Notes: generated by a model from the sequence alone, not told the origin. Counted from the first letter of the stretch, positions 18,159 through 29,027 are shown. The stretch is 64,000 bases of DNA from an uncultured candidate division Zixibacteria bacterium (GCA_963668625.2 CAXXKA010000001.1:612582-676581); one strand, 5' to 3'. A program made the numbers and translations.

Positions 18159-19428
18159 TCTGGTTATAACAGGCGGAACGATCGTTGATCCTGTCGATGA
18201 TTATTACGGGCCGGGCGCTATCGTAGTTAGGCGCGGCAAGATAGAACAAGTCATTAAAGATAAATCCCAACCCGAGGGCAATCTGGATGCCACCGGTATG
18301 CTGGTCGTTCCGGGACTGGTAGATATCCACGTGCATTTCCGTGAACCGGGATTCGAGCATAAAGAGACAATAGAGACCGGGGCGAATGCCGCCGCCGCCG
18401 GAGGATTTACCTCTGTGGCCTGCATGCCCAACACCGATCCGGTGCTGGATAATCAGGGATCGATTAAATTTATTGTTGAAAAAGCTAAAAGCGCCTCAAT
18501 CAATGTCTACCCGATTGGTTGTTTAACGAAGGGCCAGAAGGGCGAGCAACTTGCCGAGATGGGCGATATGATTCAATCCGGGGCAGTGGCTTTCAGTGAT
18601 GATGGCCATGGCGTGCAAAATGGCCTTATAATGCGTCGCGCGATGGAATATTGTAAGATGCTGGGCGTAAAACCGATCTCGCATTGCGAGTATTCCGACC
18701 TGGCCGATAACGGCGTAGCGAACGAGAGTTTTATTACCGGCAAGCTGGGCTTGAAAGGTATCACCCGTGCGGCCGAGGAACTGATGATAGCTCGCGATAT
18801 CATGTTAGCCGAGATTACCGGTGCTCCTGTACATATCGCGCATGTCTCGACAGCGGGGGGGGCCGAGTTGATCAAGAACGCTAAGAAACGTAAATTACCG
18901 GTCACAGCCGAGACCTGCCCGCATTATTTTACGTTAAACGATGAAATGCTGGAAAATTACGATACGAATCTTAAAGTCAACCCGCCTCTTCGCACCAAAA
19001 AGGATGTGGCGGCTATCAAGAAAGCTATCAAGGCCGGTATATTCGATTGTATGGTTACCGATCACGCGCCGCATGCCTATGATGAGAAACAGCTCGAGTT
19101 TGATTACGCGCCGTTCGGTTTGATAGGGCTCGAGACCTCTCTGGGATTGGTTGCCACGAACCTGGTTCATGCCGGCGTTATCGATTGGCTTGAGGCCGTA
19201 AAAATAATGTCTTACAATCCAGCCTGCATTTTAAATCTTCCGGCGGGAACGTTGAATACCGGCGAGGCTGCTGATATCACTTTGATTGACCCCGATATGG
19301 AATGGACCGTAACAAAGGATGATTTCCATTCTATGTCAAAGAATTCTCCTTATATTGGAATGAATTTAACGGGACGAGTATATAGTACCGTATGTAATGG
19401 AAAAGTTGTATATCAATTAAACAAATAG
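18151..19428 (+). CDS. pyrC: Dihydroorotase (ORF open from 18133; TTG at 18151 preferred by SD spacing)
   Basis: DIHVHFREPG, MPNT, KVNPPLR and TDHAPH motifs. Confidence 0.96.
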   Translation: MSDLVITGGTIVDPVDDYYGPGAIVVRRGKIEQVIKDKSQPEGNLDATGMLVVPGLVDIHVHFREPGFEHKETIETGANAAAAGGFTSVACMPNTDPVLDNQGSIKFIVEKAKSASINVYPIGCLTKGQKGEQLAEMGDMIQSGAVAFSDDGHGVQNGLIMRRAMEYCKMLGVKPISHCEYSDLADNGVANESFITGKLGLKGITRAAEELMIARDIMLAEITGAPVHIAHVSTAGGAELIKNAKKRKLPVTAETCPHYFTLNDEMLENYDTNLKVNPPLRTKKDVAAIKKAIKAGIFDCMVTDHAPHAYDEKQLEFDYAPFGLIGLETSLGLVATNLVHAGVIDWLEAVKIMSYNPACILNLPAGTLNTGEAADITLIDPDMEWTVTKDDFHSMSKNSPYIGMNLTGRVYSTVCNGKVVYQLNK

Positions 19429-19462
19429 AATATTTAAAGATATTCTCGTTTGGTTATTGTGC

Positions 19463-20590
19463 ATGTTTAACTATCAGGTATTTTATAAAATCGCGCTTAT
19501 TCTGTTGTATATCTTAGCCTCGATTCTAATCGTCGCCTCGATCAAATCACCATCACTGATAAACGATAGGGCCGGGGTAATATCACTGACAGAGTTCAAA
19601 GGTCATAAACCATTTCAATACCGGGTTTTAATGCCGTTGGTTATACGCGGAATCGAGTATATTACTCCTCAAGCTTTTATCGACATGATACAGTCAAAGG
19701 TCTGTGTGGCGTTGGAAAATAAAGCAGATCAAACTCAACTCGAATCCCGAAAGGAGAAACTTCTCTCAATAGCTAACAATCCATTCAGGGCGTGTTTGTT
19801 TTTTGGAATAAATATAGTTTTGATTTTCGCCTTTTTCATAATATTGCGAAAGCTGCTCTTTGCAACTTCGTATTTCAAATCATGGGTATACGATTTGTTG
19901 CCTTTAAGCTTCGTTTTAATAATGCCAATATTTTATGGATACCCGAATTACATATATGATTTCATGCATCTCATGTTATTCACTCTTGGCCTATATGCCA
20001 TGTATAAAGAGAAATGGCTGCTATATATATTAATTCTACCTCTGGCTATTTTGAATAAAGAAACTGCTATCATGCTTACCGTAATATTTGCTTTCGTTTA
20101 TTACAAGAAGCTGCCGCGAGCTTTGTTTAGAAAAATGCTTATTTATCAAGTGATGATGTTTATCGTGCTTAAATTAGGGCTGTATCTGATATTTATGGAA
20201 AATCCCGGCTCAGTTGTTGAATATCATATACAATGGAATCTGAAGCATCTCTCATATTGGCATCATTATTTCAGATTCGAACCTATCGGCAAAGGGATAT
20301 TTTTGCCTTTCTACATTCCAATACCGTGGCCGATCGGCTTGAACTTGCCGTTTCTCGGGATTACCGCCATATTGGTAATTTACGACTGGATTAACAAGCC
20401 GCCTTTTTTTCGCAAGGCAACGATATATTTTCCCCTGACATTGGTGCTTGCCCTTACAATGGGCTTGATTCCCGAGCTTCGCGCATATTATGATATGGCG
20501 CCTATCGTGTTCATTTTAGCGGCGATGGGATTCAATGATGTGATTCGAGATGTGAAAAGAAAATTCGAGGGAGGCTATAATGCCGGTTAA
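19463..20590 (+). CDS. Polytopic membrane protein of unknown function (possibly GT-C-like)
   Basis: About 9-10 hydrophobic segments; PFQYRVL, YIYD and LNKETA motifs; overlaps the next gene. Confidence 0.6.
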   Translation: MFNYQVFYKIALILLYILASILIVASIKSPSLINDRAGVISLTEFKGHKPFQYRVLMPLVIRGIEYITPQAFIDMIQSKVCVALENKADQTQLESRKEKLLSIANNPFRACLFFGINIVLIFAFFIILRKLLFATSYFKSWVYDLLPLSFVLIMPIFYGYPNYIYDFMHLMLFTLGLYAMYKEKWLLYILILPLAILNKETAIMLTVIFAFVYYKKLPRALFRKMLIYQVMMFIVLKLGLYLIFMENPGSVVEYHIQWNLKHLSYWHHYFRFEPIGKGIFLPFYIPIPWPIGLNLPFLGITAILVIYDWINKPPFFRKATIYFPLTLVLALTMGLIPELRAYYDMAPIVFILAAMGFNDVIRDVKRKFEGGYNAG

Positions 20591-20999
20591 AACATATGAT
20601 TTTACGGTCAACTCCAAAGGTTATTGCCATCTGGAGGATATCACCTCGCAGGTTGAAAGCTATCTTTATGATTCCGGCTTACGTGATGGTCTTTGCTGTG
20701 TAGCGGTTGGCGGTTCAACCGCAGCTATAAGTACGATCGAGTACGAGCCGGGGCTGCTTAAGGATATCCCGGAGTTTTTCGAGAAGCTGTTCCCCTCGGA
20801 TAAATCGTACCATCATGATGAAACCTGGCATGATGGTAACGGTTTTTCGCACATGCGTTCGTTTTTACTGAAAACCTCGCACACCATACCGTTTTCGGCC
20901 GGGAGGTTGCTCCTCGGAACCTGGCAGCAAATAGTTTTAGCCGACTTCGACAATAAATCCCGAAACCGTAAGGTGATCGTCCAGATTATTGGCGAATAG
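20580..20999 (+). CDS. yjbQ: UPF0047 YjbQ family protein
   Basis: GSTAAI..IEYEPGL, DGNGFSH and LGTWQQI motifs. Confidence 0.92.
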   Translation: MPVKTYDFTVNSKGYCHLEDITSQVESYLYDSGLRDGLCCVAVGGSTAAISTIEYEPGLLKDIPEFFEKLFPSDKSYHHDETWHDGNGFSHMRSFLLKTSHTIPFSAGRLLLGTWQQIVLADFDNKSRNRKVIVQIIGE

Positions 21000-21071
21000 G
21001 TAGATAACATTAGCTATATCAAGAAGATATAGGGATAGATAAAATATGTACTTGAAAGTTGAGGCATTCTA

Positions 21072-22052
21072 ATGGATATAATGAGCAAGCTGAATTTTAA
21101 AACAATCGAGTGGAAAGACGATTTCGTACGCTTAATCGATCAGACCAAGCTGCCCGGCGAGCTAACGTTTTACGATTGCCATGAGCTTGCCGATTTCATT
21201 GATGCTTTCAAACGTTTGGTGGTACGTGGCGCGCCGGCTATCGGAGTTACTGCCGCCTATGCTATGGCCGTCGCCTCGATCAAGGGCTGGGATATGACAA
21301 AAACCGCCGGGGAACTGATTGACGCCCGGCCAACTGCCGTTAATCTTAGCTGGGCGGTAAAACGCATGATGGCGCTGGTGGAATCAGGCAAGGGCGATAC
21401 TATATCTCTTATGGCAGAGGCTAAAGTTATCCACGATGAGGATGCCCGGATGTGCGAGAGCATGGGGGAGATCGGCGATAAGCTGATTAAGCCCGGTATG
21501 AGAATACTAACCCACTGCAATGCCGGGGCGCTGGCGACCGGCGGAATCGGAACTGCGCTGGCAGTTATATATGTATCGCATTTCAACGATAAGGGAATCT
21601 CGGTCTGGGTGGATGAAACCCGGCCGCTTCTTCAAGGCGCCAGATTAACCGCCTGGGAATTACAAAGAGCCGGCGTGCCCTGCAAGCTGATAACCGATAA
21701 CATGGCTGCCTCCCTGATGGCTTCCAGACAGGTGGATTGCGTGATAACCGGAGCCGACCGGATAGCGGCCAACTATGATGTCGCCAACAAAATCGGGACA
21801 TACAGCCTGGCGGTAAATTGCAATTATCATGGTATACCGTTTTATGTGGCCGCGCCAGGCTCCACATTCGATTATGAATGCCCGGATGGCAGATCGATCG
21901 AGATTGAGATGCGAGTCGGGGAGGAGATTACCACGATTGCCGGCAACCGCATTGCTCCGGAGGGCATTGACACATACAGCCCGGCATTCGATATCACCCC
22001 GCACGAGCTTGTAACGGCGATATTTACCGAGAAAGAGATGATAAAGCCGTAG
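21072..22052 (+). CDS. mtnA: S-methyl-5-thioribose-1-phosphate isomerase
   Basis: VRGAPAIG, RPTAVNL, THCNAGALAT, ETRPLLQGARLT and ANKIGT motifs. Confidence 0.96.
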   Translation: MDIMSKLNFKTIEWKDDFVRLIDQTKLPGELTFYDCHELADFIDAFKRLVVRGAPAIGVTAAYAMAVASIKGWDMTKTAGELIDARPTAVNLSWAVKRMMALVESGKGDTISLMAEAKVIHDEDARMCESMGEIGDKLIKPGMRILTHCNAGALATGGIGTALAVIYVSHFNDKGISVWVDETRPLLQGARLTAWELQRAGVPCKLITDNMAASLMASRQVDCVITGADRIAANYDVANKIGTYSLAVNCNYHGIPFYVAAPGSTFDYECPDGRSIEIEMRVGEEITTIAGNRIAPEGIDTYSPAFDITPHELVTAIFTEKEMIKP

Positions 22053-22180
22053 ATACAGGCATCAGTCTTTCCTCTCCATTAGCAGCTTTCGAATTTGGTT
22101 AGTCAAGTCCACTTGGGACTTGACTAACCCACGCAAAGAATTATTAGGGATAATTTCATGGTTTTGCAGACTATATCCAC

Positions 22181-22306
22181 CCTGGTTCCAGAACGCCAGC
22201 CGCACTAATTGATTCCAAAGTGCCGCCTTGAAATCCTGCCTGCGCTTGCAGTGAAACTGTATTGCGCAATCAGGCGGCATTACGAAGCAGCGCTTCGTAA
22301 CGAGGG
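22181..22306 (-). repeat. REP/REPIN-like element
   Basis: Minus strand CCCTCGTTACGAAGCGCTGCTTCGTAATGCCGC...GCGCAATACAG; homologous to 62039-62140 and to the MITE interior. Confidence 0.75.
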
Positions 22307-22591
22307 AGGAGGGATGGTTCGTAATGAGGGGATATAGATTATTAATAATATTATTATAGCAATCTATTATCACGATTATATTGCTAAATAATGATGAAAA
22401 ACATATATTGCGGCGTTCGGCGAAACCGCTGTTTAAGAAAAAACGTTTTGGCCGATACACTAAAAAGTTGATAAAGCTCTTGACAATAATGATTTTGCTT
22501 TTAAATTAAGTGGTTTGTTACAAACTGGGAATCCCGTGTACCCCTGTTTGACGAGCATGATAAAAATGATAGTTAATAATAAGGAGATGTG

Positions 22592-23020
22592 ATGAAGACG
22601 TTTGTACCCCGTCCACTCGAACATCAGCGTAAATGGTATATCATTGATGCTGAGAATAAGGTGTTGGGACGGTTGGCGTCGGAAGTTGCTCGACGGATCA
22701 GAGGCAAAGATTCACCGCTTTTCACGCCATATTTCGATATGGGCGCCTCGGTGATCGTTGTTAATGCCGAGAAGGTTAAAGTCACCGGAAAGAAAGCTAA
22801 CCAGAAGCATTATTACTGGCATTCCGGTTATCCCGGCGGTCTGAAATCAACGACATTTGAAAAAATGATCGTCAAACATCCGGATAGAGTAATTAAACAC
22901 GCTGTAAAGGGAATGCTTCCGAAAAACCGATTGGGACGGAAGCTTAACAAGAGACTATTTATCTACGCCGGTCCGGAGCATCCGCATAAAGCGCAGAGCC
23001 CCGTACCGATGGAAATTTAG
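22592..23020 (+). CDS. rplM: 50S ribosomal protein L13
   Basis: KWYIIDAE..LGRLA, YYWHSGYPGG and GMLPKN motifs; TTGACA at 22480. Confidence 0.98.
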   Translation: MKTFVPRPLEHQRKWYIIDAENKVLGRLASEVARRIRGKDSPLFTPYFDMGASVIVVNAEKVKVTGKKANQKHYYWHSGYPGGLKSTTFEKMIVKHPDRVIKHAVKGMLPKNRLGRKLNKRLFIYAGPEHPHKAQSPVPMEI

Positions 23021-23034
23021 TTACGGAGGATCAG

Positions 23035-23427
23035 TTGGCTGAGGAATATTTCCTGGCGAGCGGAACGCGCAAACAGGCTATTGCACAGGTAAGGATAAAA
23101 AATGGATCCGGTGCCGTTATAGTTAACGGTATCGAGGTTCTCAAATATCTCTGCCGTAAGAACCTGGTTACCCACGCCCTCGAACCATTGGAAGAGGCGA
23201 AATTATCGGGTAAGATGGATATAGTTGCCAAAGTTAGAGGCGGCGGTTTATCCGGCCAGGCCGGGGCGATTCGTATGGCATTGGCAAGGGCGTTAATAAA
23301 ATATGATGCCCAGCTTCGCGGACCCCTCAAAAAAGAGGGTTTCTTAACACGCGATGCCCGTATGGTTGAACGCAAAAAATACGGACAGGCCAAGGCTCGG
23401 AAACGCTTCCAGTTCTCGAAACGTTAA
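23035..23427 (+). CDS. rpsI: 30S ribosomal protein S9
   Basis: GGGLSGQAGA, TRDARMVERKKYG and QFSKR C-terminus. Confidence 0.98.
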   Translation: MAEEYFLASGTRKQAIAQVRIKNGSGAVIVNGIEVLKYLCRKNLVTHALEPLEEAKLSGKMDIVAKVRGGGLSGQAGAIRMALARALIKYDAQLRGPLKKEGFLTRDARMVERKKYGQAKARKRFQFSKR

Positions 23428-23444
23428 ACAGAGTATTCTATTAA

Positions 23445-23530
23445 TAACACACATCGGTGGACTATTGGCGGGGTCCCCTTATGGGGCCGCCATTGGGGTG
23501 AAGCCGGTGGAAGATAAAAACCAATTCCAA
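23445..23530 (+). promoter_or_regulatory. rpsB leader RNA (S2 autogenous operator / t44-like)
   Basis: ACACACATC...GGCGG-CCCC-TTAT-GGGG-CCGCC...GGGGTG...GGA...AACC immediately 5' of rpsB. Confidence 0.65.
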
Positions 23531-23547
23531 CCATAGGAGTAGTTTTA

Positions 23548-24324
23548 ATGCAACAAGTTGATATCAAGGACCTGCTTGAGGCTGGTGTACATTTCGGACA
23601 TCAAACCAGGCGCTGGAATCCGAAGATGAAGAAATTCATCTTTACCGCCCGCAATGGTATTTATATTATCGATCTTAAAAAGACCCTCGGTTCGCTGAAA
23701 AAAGCTCAGGCTAAAATCCGCGAGGTCGTTTCGAAAAACGAGAGAGTTTTATTCGTCGGTACCAAAAAACAGGCTAAAGGCGTAATTAAGGATGAGTCCA
23801 AAAGGAGCAACCAATATTACGTGATCGAGCGCTGGCTGGGCGGCACGATGACCAATTTCCAGACAATCAAAGGCAATATCAAGCGGCTGAAAACCCTTGA
23901 GAAGATGAAAGAGGAAGGCCACTATCAGAATATCACCAAGAAGGAAAGTCTTCAGCTCGAAAAAGAGCGTACCCGTCTCGAGAAATTCTTGAGTGGTATT
24001 AAAGAGATGTACAAATTACCGGGCTTGCTTATCGTGGTTGATGCTAAGAAAGAGCGGATCGCGGTGGCCGAGGCAAACAAGCTTAAAATCCCGGTAATAG
24101 CCGTTATCGATACCAATACTGATCCCGATCCGATAGATTTCCCTATCGCTGCCAATGACGACGCGATCAAATCCATCAGCGTCATCGTAAGGGCATTGTC
24201 CGAAACGATCTTGGAATCGAACGCCGAATTTAACGATGAGGTGGTCGAAGAGGAGCCGGTTAAGGAAACTCAGGCAAGCGAAAAAGAGGAATCTAAAGAA
24301 GATAGTGTTACGGAGGATAAGTAA
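23548..24324 (+). CDS. rpsB: 30S ribosomal protein S2
   Basis: LLEAGVHFGHQTRRWNPKM, RWLGG and ANDDAIKS motifs. Confidence 0.99.
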   Translation: MQQVDIKDLLEAGVHFGHQTRRWNPKMKKFIFTARNGIYIIDLKKTLGSLKKAQAKIREVVSKNERVLFVGTKKQAKGVIKDESKRSNQYYVIERWLGGTMTNFQTIKGNIKRLKTLEKMKEEGHYQNITKKESLQLEKERTRLEKFLSGIKEMYKLPGLLIVVDAKKERIAVAEANKLKIPVIAVIDTNTDPDPIDFPIAANDDAIKSISVIVRALSETILESNAEFNDEVVEEEPVKETQASEKEESKEDSVTEDK

Positions 24325-24917
24325 TGGAAATCACTGCAGCAATGGTTAGAGAACTTCGTGAAAAAACAGGTGTCGGTATGATGGACTGTAAAAAGGCCTT
24401 ATCCGAAACCGATGGCGATATGGAGAAAGCTGTTACCAAGCTTCGCGAGGCAGGCCTGGCTAAAGCGGCCAAGAAAGCCGGTCGCGAGGCTAAAGAGGGT
24501 ATTATTTACTCATATATTCACCCCGGCGATAAACTGGGCGTGATGGTCGAGGTCAACTGCGAAACCGATTTCGTAGCTCGCACGGATGACTATAAAGCCC
24601 TGTGTAAAGATATCGCTATGCAGATAGCCGCCGCCAATCCTCTGGTAGTACGCCGTGAGGAGCTGCCCGAGGAGAAAATCAACGAGGAAAAAGAAATCTA
24701 CCGTCAGCAGGGCCTTAAAGAGGGTAAACCTGATAATATCGTTGAAAAGATTGTCAACGGCCGCGTGGAGAAATATTACCAGGAAGTCGTACTTCTGGAA
24801 CAAGCTTTCATTAAAGACCAGGATAAAACAGTAAAAGATGTATTAACCGAGGCTATTGCCAGGCTCGGCGAGAATATGTCGATTAAGCGTTTTGCCAGAT
24901 TCCGACTTGGAGAATAA
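24324..24917 (+). CDS. tsf: Elongation factor Ts (short form)
   Basis: [16 protein letters not shown] and [11 protein letters not shown] motifs. Confidence 0.98.
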   Translation: MEITAAMVRELREKTGVGMMDCKKALSETDGDMEKAVTKLREAGLAKAAKKAGREAKEGIIYSYIHPGDKLGVMVEVNCETDFVARTDDYKALCKDIAMQIAAANPLVVRREELPEEKINEEKEIYRQQGLKEGKPDNIVEKIVNGRVEKYYQEVVLLEQAFIKDQDKTVKDVLTEAIARLGENMSIKRFARFRLGE

Positions 24918-24918
24918 T

Positions 24919-25671
24919 ATGCCTTCCGGTCAAGAGGCAAAATCCGACTTGCTGCCCGAAGGCGAGCTTAAATTTAAACGAGTGCTTTTAAAGCTTTCGG
25001 GTGAGGTTTTAATGGGCGATCGAGAGGCGGGTCTGGATGACGGAATGGTCAGCCATGTCTGCAGTCAGGTCGCTGATTTACGAAAATTAGGCGTTGAGGT
25101 TGGTTTAGTTATTGGCGGCGGAAATATCTTTCGCGGTTTGACCGCTGCCGCCGCCGGTATGGATCGTGTTGGCGCTGATTTCATGGGAATGCTGGCCACG
25201 ATCATCAACTCACTGGCGCTTCAGGATTATTTGGAGCATATGGGGCATTATACTCGTGTGATGTCCGCTATCGAGATGCCGAAAGTCTGCGAGCCGTTTA
25301 TCCGTAGACGAGCCGTTCGCCATCTGGAAAAAGGTCGTATAGTGATATTCGCCGGTGGAACGGGTAATCCGTATTTCACCACCGATACGGCTGCCGCCCT
25401 GCGTGCCGCCGAAATCGGCGCGGAGGTGGTCATAAAAGGCACCAAGGTTGATGGCGTATACGACAAGGATCCGATGAGCAACCCCGATGCCGTTATGTAT
25501 ACCGATCTTGATTACAGCACCGTCCTCGAGAAAAACCTTCGCGTAATGGACACCTCGGCGGCCTCGTTATGCCGCGACAACAAAATACCGATTATTGTGT
25601 TTAATCTATATAAAGACGGTAATTTGAAAAAAATTGTCCTTGGGGAAAAAATAGGTACCATTGTAAGTTGA
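24919..25671 (+). CDS. pyrH: UMP kinase
   Basis: [17 protein letters not shown] and [13 protein letters not shown] 24919 directly after the tsf stop. Confidence 0.98.
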   Translation: MPSGQEAKSDLLPEGELKFKRVLLKLSGEVLMGDREAGLDDGMVSHVCSQVADLRKLGVEVGLVIGGGNIFRGLTAAAAGMDRVGADFMGMLATIINSLALQDYLEHMGHYTRVMSAIEMPKVCEPFIRRRAVRHLEKGRIVIFAGGTGNPYFTTDTAAALRAAEIGAEVVIKGTKVDGVYDKDPMSNPDAVMYTDLDYSTVLEKNLRVMDTSAASLCRDNKIPIIVFNLYKDGNLKKIVLGEKIGTIVS

Positions 25672-25680
25672 GGTATTGTT

Positions 25681-26238
25681 ATGCTAAAAGAGATCAATAA
25701 AGACGTGGAAAGCAGAATGCAGAAGGCTATCGATGCCGTGAACAGGGAACTGGCACAGGTTAGAACCGGCAAAGCTACTCCGAAAATCCTCGATGGCATC
25801 AGGGTCGAATACTACGGAACCCCAACAGCTTTGAATCAGGTTGCCTCGATTAGCAGCCCCGACCCTAAACTTCTGGTTGTGCAACCCTGGGAACAGACAA
25901 TAATTCCCGATATTGTCAAAGCTATTCAGAAAGCCGATCTCGGATTGAATCCCATCGCCGAAGGGAATCTCGTGCGGCTGCCCATTCCGCCTTTAACCGA
26001 GGAACGCCGCCAGGATATGGTGAAGCTGGTGAAGAAGCTGGGCGAGGATGGCAAAGTAGCGGTCAGGAACGTTCGCCGTGACGCCAATGACAAACTCAAA
26101 AAAGCCGAGAAGAATTCGGAGATCACCGAGGATGACCTGAAATTAGGTCAGAAACAGGTTCAGGATCATACCGATAACTTCACCCAATTGATCGACGAGA
26201 TCGTTAACTCTAAAGAAAAAGAGCTGATGGAAATTTAG
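25681..26238 (+). CDS. frr: Ribosome recycling factor
   Basis: RTGKA, YYG, PPLTEERR and VRNVRRD motifs. Confidence 0.98.
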   Translation: MLKEINKDVESRMQKAIDAVNRELAQVRTGKATPKILDGIRVEYYGTPTALNQVASISSPDPKLLVVQPWEQTIIPDIVKAIQKADLGLNPIAEGNLVRLPIPPLTEERRQDMVKLVKKLGEDGKVAVRNVRRDANDKLKKAEKNSEITEDDLKLGQKQVQDHTDNFTQLIDEIVNSKEKELMEI

Positions 26239-26241
26239 TTG

Positions 26242-27006
26242 ATGTCAGTCGTTGATGAGTTAAGAAATCAGGTTGAGGCAGACGGCAACATACCTGCTCA
26301 TATAGCAATCATCATGGATGGCAACGGACGCTGGGCCTGTAATCGTGGCTTGCCGAGAACGGCAGGACATGAGCAGGGAGTAAAGTCCGTTAAGAAAATA
26401 GTCCGTGCCGCCGGTAATATCAACCTCCAGTACCTGACTCTGTATACCTTCTCCACGGAAAACTGGAAGCGCCCCAAGCACGAGGTCTCGGCTATCATGA
26501 GACTTCTGGCAAGAACCACTCGCAACGAGCTTAACGAGCTTCTAGAGAACAATGTCAAGCTCATTACCACCGGCGATATCGAGGCGCTTTCTCCCGGAAG
26601 ACGAGATATACTCAAGGATGCTAAAAAGCGTACTGCCGGTAATACCGGCTTGACTCTAAATCTGGCTCTTAACTATTCGGGACGATTCGAGATAATGCAG
26701 GCGGTGAAAAATATCGCGCTGGATGTCGAAGCGAAAAAAATCAAACCCACCGAGTTGAACGAGCAGTCATTCGTAAAATACCTTCAAACGAACGGCCTGC
26801 CCGATCCTGATTTTCTGATCAGGACCTCTGGCGAGCTTCGTATTTCCAATTTCCTTCTCTGGCAGATGGCTTACACCGAGATCTATGTCACGGATGTGCT
26901 CTGGCCCGATTTCGGCGAGGAGGATTTTTTCAAAGCTATACTCGACTATCAACGTCGGGACAGACGTTTTGGCAAGGTTAAAACTACCGAACCATCCGGG
27001 GAATAA
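26242..27006 (+). CDS. uppS: Undecaprenyl diphosphate synthase
   Basis: HIAIIMDGNGRWA, FSTENWKRP and RTSGELRISNFLLWQ motifs. Confidence 0.97.
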   Translation: MSVVDELRNQVEADGNIPAHIAIIMDGNGRWACNRGLPRTAGHEQGVKSVKKIVRAAGNINLQYLTLYTFSTENWKRPKHEVSAIMRLLARTTRNELNELLENNVKLITTGDIEALSPGRRDILKDAKKRTAGNTGLTLNLALNYSGRFEIMQAVKNIALDVEAKKIKPTELNEQSFVKYLQTNGLPDPDFLIRTSGELRISNFLLWQMAYTEIYVTDVLWPDFGEEDFFKAILDYQRRDRRFGKVKTTEPSGE

Positions 27007-27011
27007 CTGGT

Positions 27012-27824
27012 TTGGCCGGCAACCTTATCCTCAGAGTAATCGTAGCCGTTATCGGCATTCCCGCGCTGGTTTTCATATGTTTACAGGGTGGCTATTATCT
27101 GCTCGCTTTTTGTGTGCTCCTGGTTGGAGTAGGTGGTTATGAACTGGGGGCGATGACCCGTCAGAGAGGCTACCGCACCCGCATGTTTTTCTCGGTATTA
27201 ATCCCCATCATTTTCGTGCTTGCGGCATTTTATGGCTATGATTTGCTGAATGTCGTGATAGCCTCATTGTTCATACATGTAATCTTGATTATCTTCGATT
27301 ACTCCATCATTAGCGAGGCTGACCTGGGGCAGTTTTTGGGGGAGATGTTTGCCCGGTTGCTGCCGGTATTCTACCTTGGATTGCTGGCCTCGTATATAAT
27401 ACTGCTCGATAAGATTTCCGAACTTGGGGGTTTGTTATTGATATTCGCGTTCGTAGTCACCTGGACAATCGATACGTTCGCTTATTTCGGCGGGAAATCG
27501 TTCGGCAAACATAAACTCTCGCCCGTATTGTCGCCTGGAAAAACCCGCGAGGGATTCGTGTTCGGCCTGCTCGGGGCTGTTTTGGCCGGGATATTATGCA
27601 AAATGACCTTTCTCGATCTGGAATGGTCGAAAGTCATAGTCATGTCGATCGTATCCGGTTTGATCGGCCAGATAGGCGACCTGTTCGAGTCAGCGATAAA
27701 ACGTCATTGTAAAGTAAAAGACTCCTCTAATATCTTGCCGGGGCATGGCGGGATTCTCGACCGTTTCGACTCTTTTTTATTCACCATGCCGGTAATTTAC
27801 TTGATCCTCGTTTACTGGAAATAG
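27012..27824 (+). CDS. cdsA: Phosphatidate cytidylyltransferase
   Basis: SPGKT-EG and GDLFESAIKR...KDS..LPGHGGILDRFDS motifs. Confidence 0.96.
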   Translation: MAGNLILRVIVAVIGIPALVFICLQGGYYLLAFCVLLVGVGGYELGAMTRQRGYRTRMFFSVLIPIIFVLAAFYGYDLLNVVIASLFIHVILIIFDYSIISEADLGQFLGEMFARLLPVFYLGLLASYIILLDKISELGGLLLIFAFVVTWTIDTFAYFGGKSFGKHKLSPVLSPGKTREGFVFGLLGAVLAGILCKMTFLDLEWSKVIVMSIVSGLIGQIGDLFESAIKRHCKVKDSSNILPGHGGILDRFDSFLFTMPVIYLILVYWK

Positions 27825-28118
27825 TATAAGTTCACAGATTGCCACACTCCTTTTAGTCGCTAGCAATAAAAACCATAATAAACGGTTGCAAGCTAACAAA
27901 TAAGCGATTCCCACTGATTCCGTTCAATTCTATATTTGGGTAAAATATAATCTTTTGACACAACCTGAGGATTCCTAGCGCCGACGTCATCTAACATGAA
28001 CTTTTTCAACAAGCCCAGCGCTATGCAACATGAATGAAAAGCCTGCTAGTAGTGTTGATATTTCCGTTGAAGTCAGAGAGTTCTTGATTTACCCGCTTAC
28101 TGATAGTATAAATATTTC

Positions 28119-29027
28119 ATGAGTTACATTCGAACATTCGACTATTTTTTCGTATTACGGCCGCTGCTTCATATCCCGGTATGGACTGTTTTAATACTTG
28201 GCTATTACTCGATACATTTATCACACGGCTACAAATGGAATCTGCTGTTATCTCTCCTATTGGGCAGTTTCGTTTTCGGCGGCGTTTTTCTTATCAACCA
28301 GATATACGATATCGAATCCGATCGCATTAATGGTAAACTTCACTTTTTACCGGATGGCCATATTAAACCGGGCGTCGCCTGGCTGATGTTTATCGTTTTG
28401 AATACTACCTCTATTGTTGGAGGATTTTTCGTTTCGCTCGAGGTAGGGGTGCTGATTATCGCTGTGATGATACTCGGAATGCTCTATTCTGTACCGCCGA
28501 TCTCACTGAAAAACCGACCCTGGGCGGCGGCGCTCTCTAATGGTCTGGGACATGGTTCGCTGGTTTTCATGGTCGGCTATTACGCCGGCGGAGGAGCTTC
28601 GATTAAAGGCGTCATTCATTCGCTGCCGTACTTTTTCGCGGTAGTCGCCGTTTATATCGGCACGACATTGCCGGATATCGAGGGGGACAGGCGGACCGGG
28701 AAAAGAACGATCGGTGTAAAATACGGTGAAGCTCATTCGATTCATATTATCGTTTTATGCTATATAGCGGCAATAGCTTTCGGTTTTCTCCTGGCTGATA
28801 AGCCTTTCCTTTATGCTGCCCTGGCCGCCTTACCATTCTACTTGTGGTGCTATCTCAAACCATCCTCAGCCGCGGCCGTACTGGCCGTTAAGGTCTCGAT
28901 TCTGACCTTATCGCTGGTCGCCTCATTCGTGATGCCTTTGTACCTGTTTTTTCTGGTAATTCTGGTATACCTGACAAGGATATATTACAGGGCCAGGTTT
29001 AATATGGAATATCCATCTATAAAATAA
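28119..29027 (+). CDS. UbiA-family prenyltransferase
   Basis: NQIYDIESDRIN, YS.PP..LK and PDIEGD...GKRT motifs; multiple TM segments. Confidence 0.88.
   Translation: MSYIRTFDYFFVLRPLLHIPVWTVLILGYYSIHLSHGYKWNLLLSLLLGSFVFGGVFLINQIYDIESDRINGKLHFLPDGHIKPGVAWLMFIVLNTTSIVGGFFVSLEVGVLIIAVMILGMLYSVPPISLKNRPWAAALSNGLGHGSLVFMVGYYAGGGASIKGVIHSLPYFFAVVAVYIGTTLPDIEGDRRTGKRTIGVKYGEAHSIHIIVLCYIAAIAFGFLLADKPFLYAALAALPFYLWCYLKPSSAAAVLAVKVSILTLSLVASFVMPLYLFFLVILVYLTRIYYRARFNMEYPSIK

Noticed and set aside
22062-22460. 132-aa minus-strand ORF
   Set aside because: Runs through REP-like palindromes; no protein-like features.
24324-24917. Unusually short EF-Ts (197 aa)
   Set aside because: The short form is well known in several phyla.
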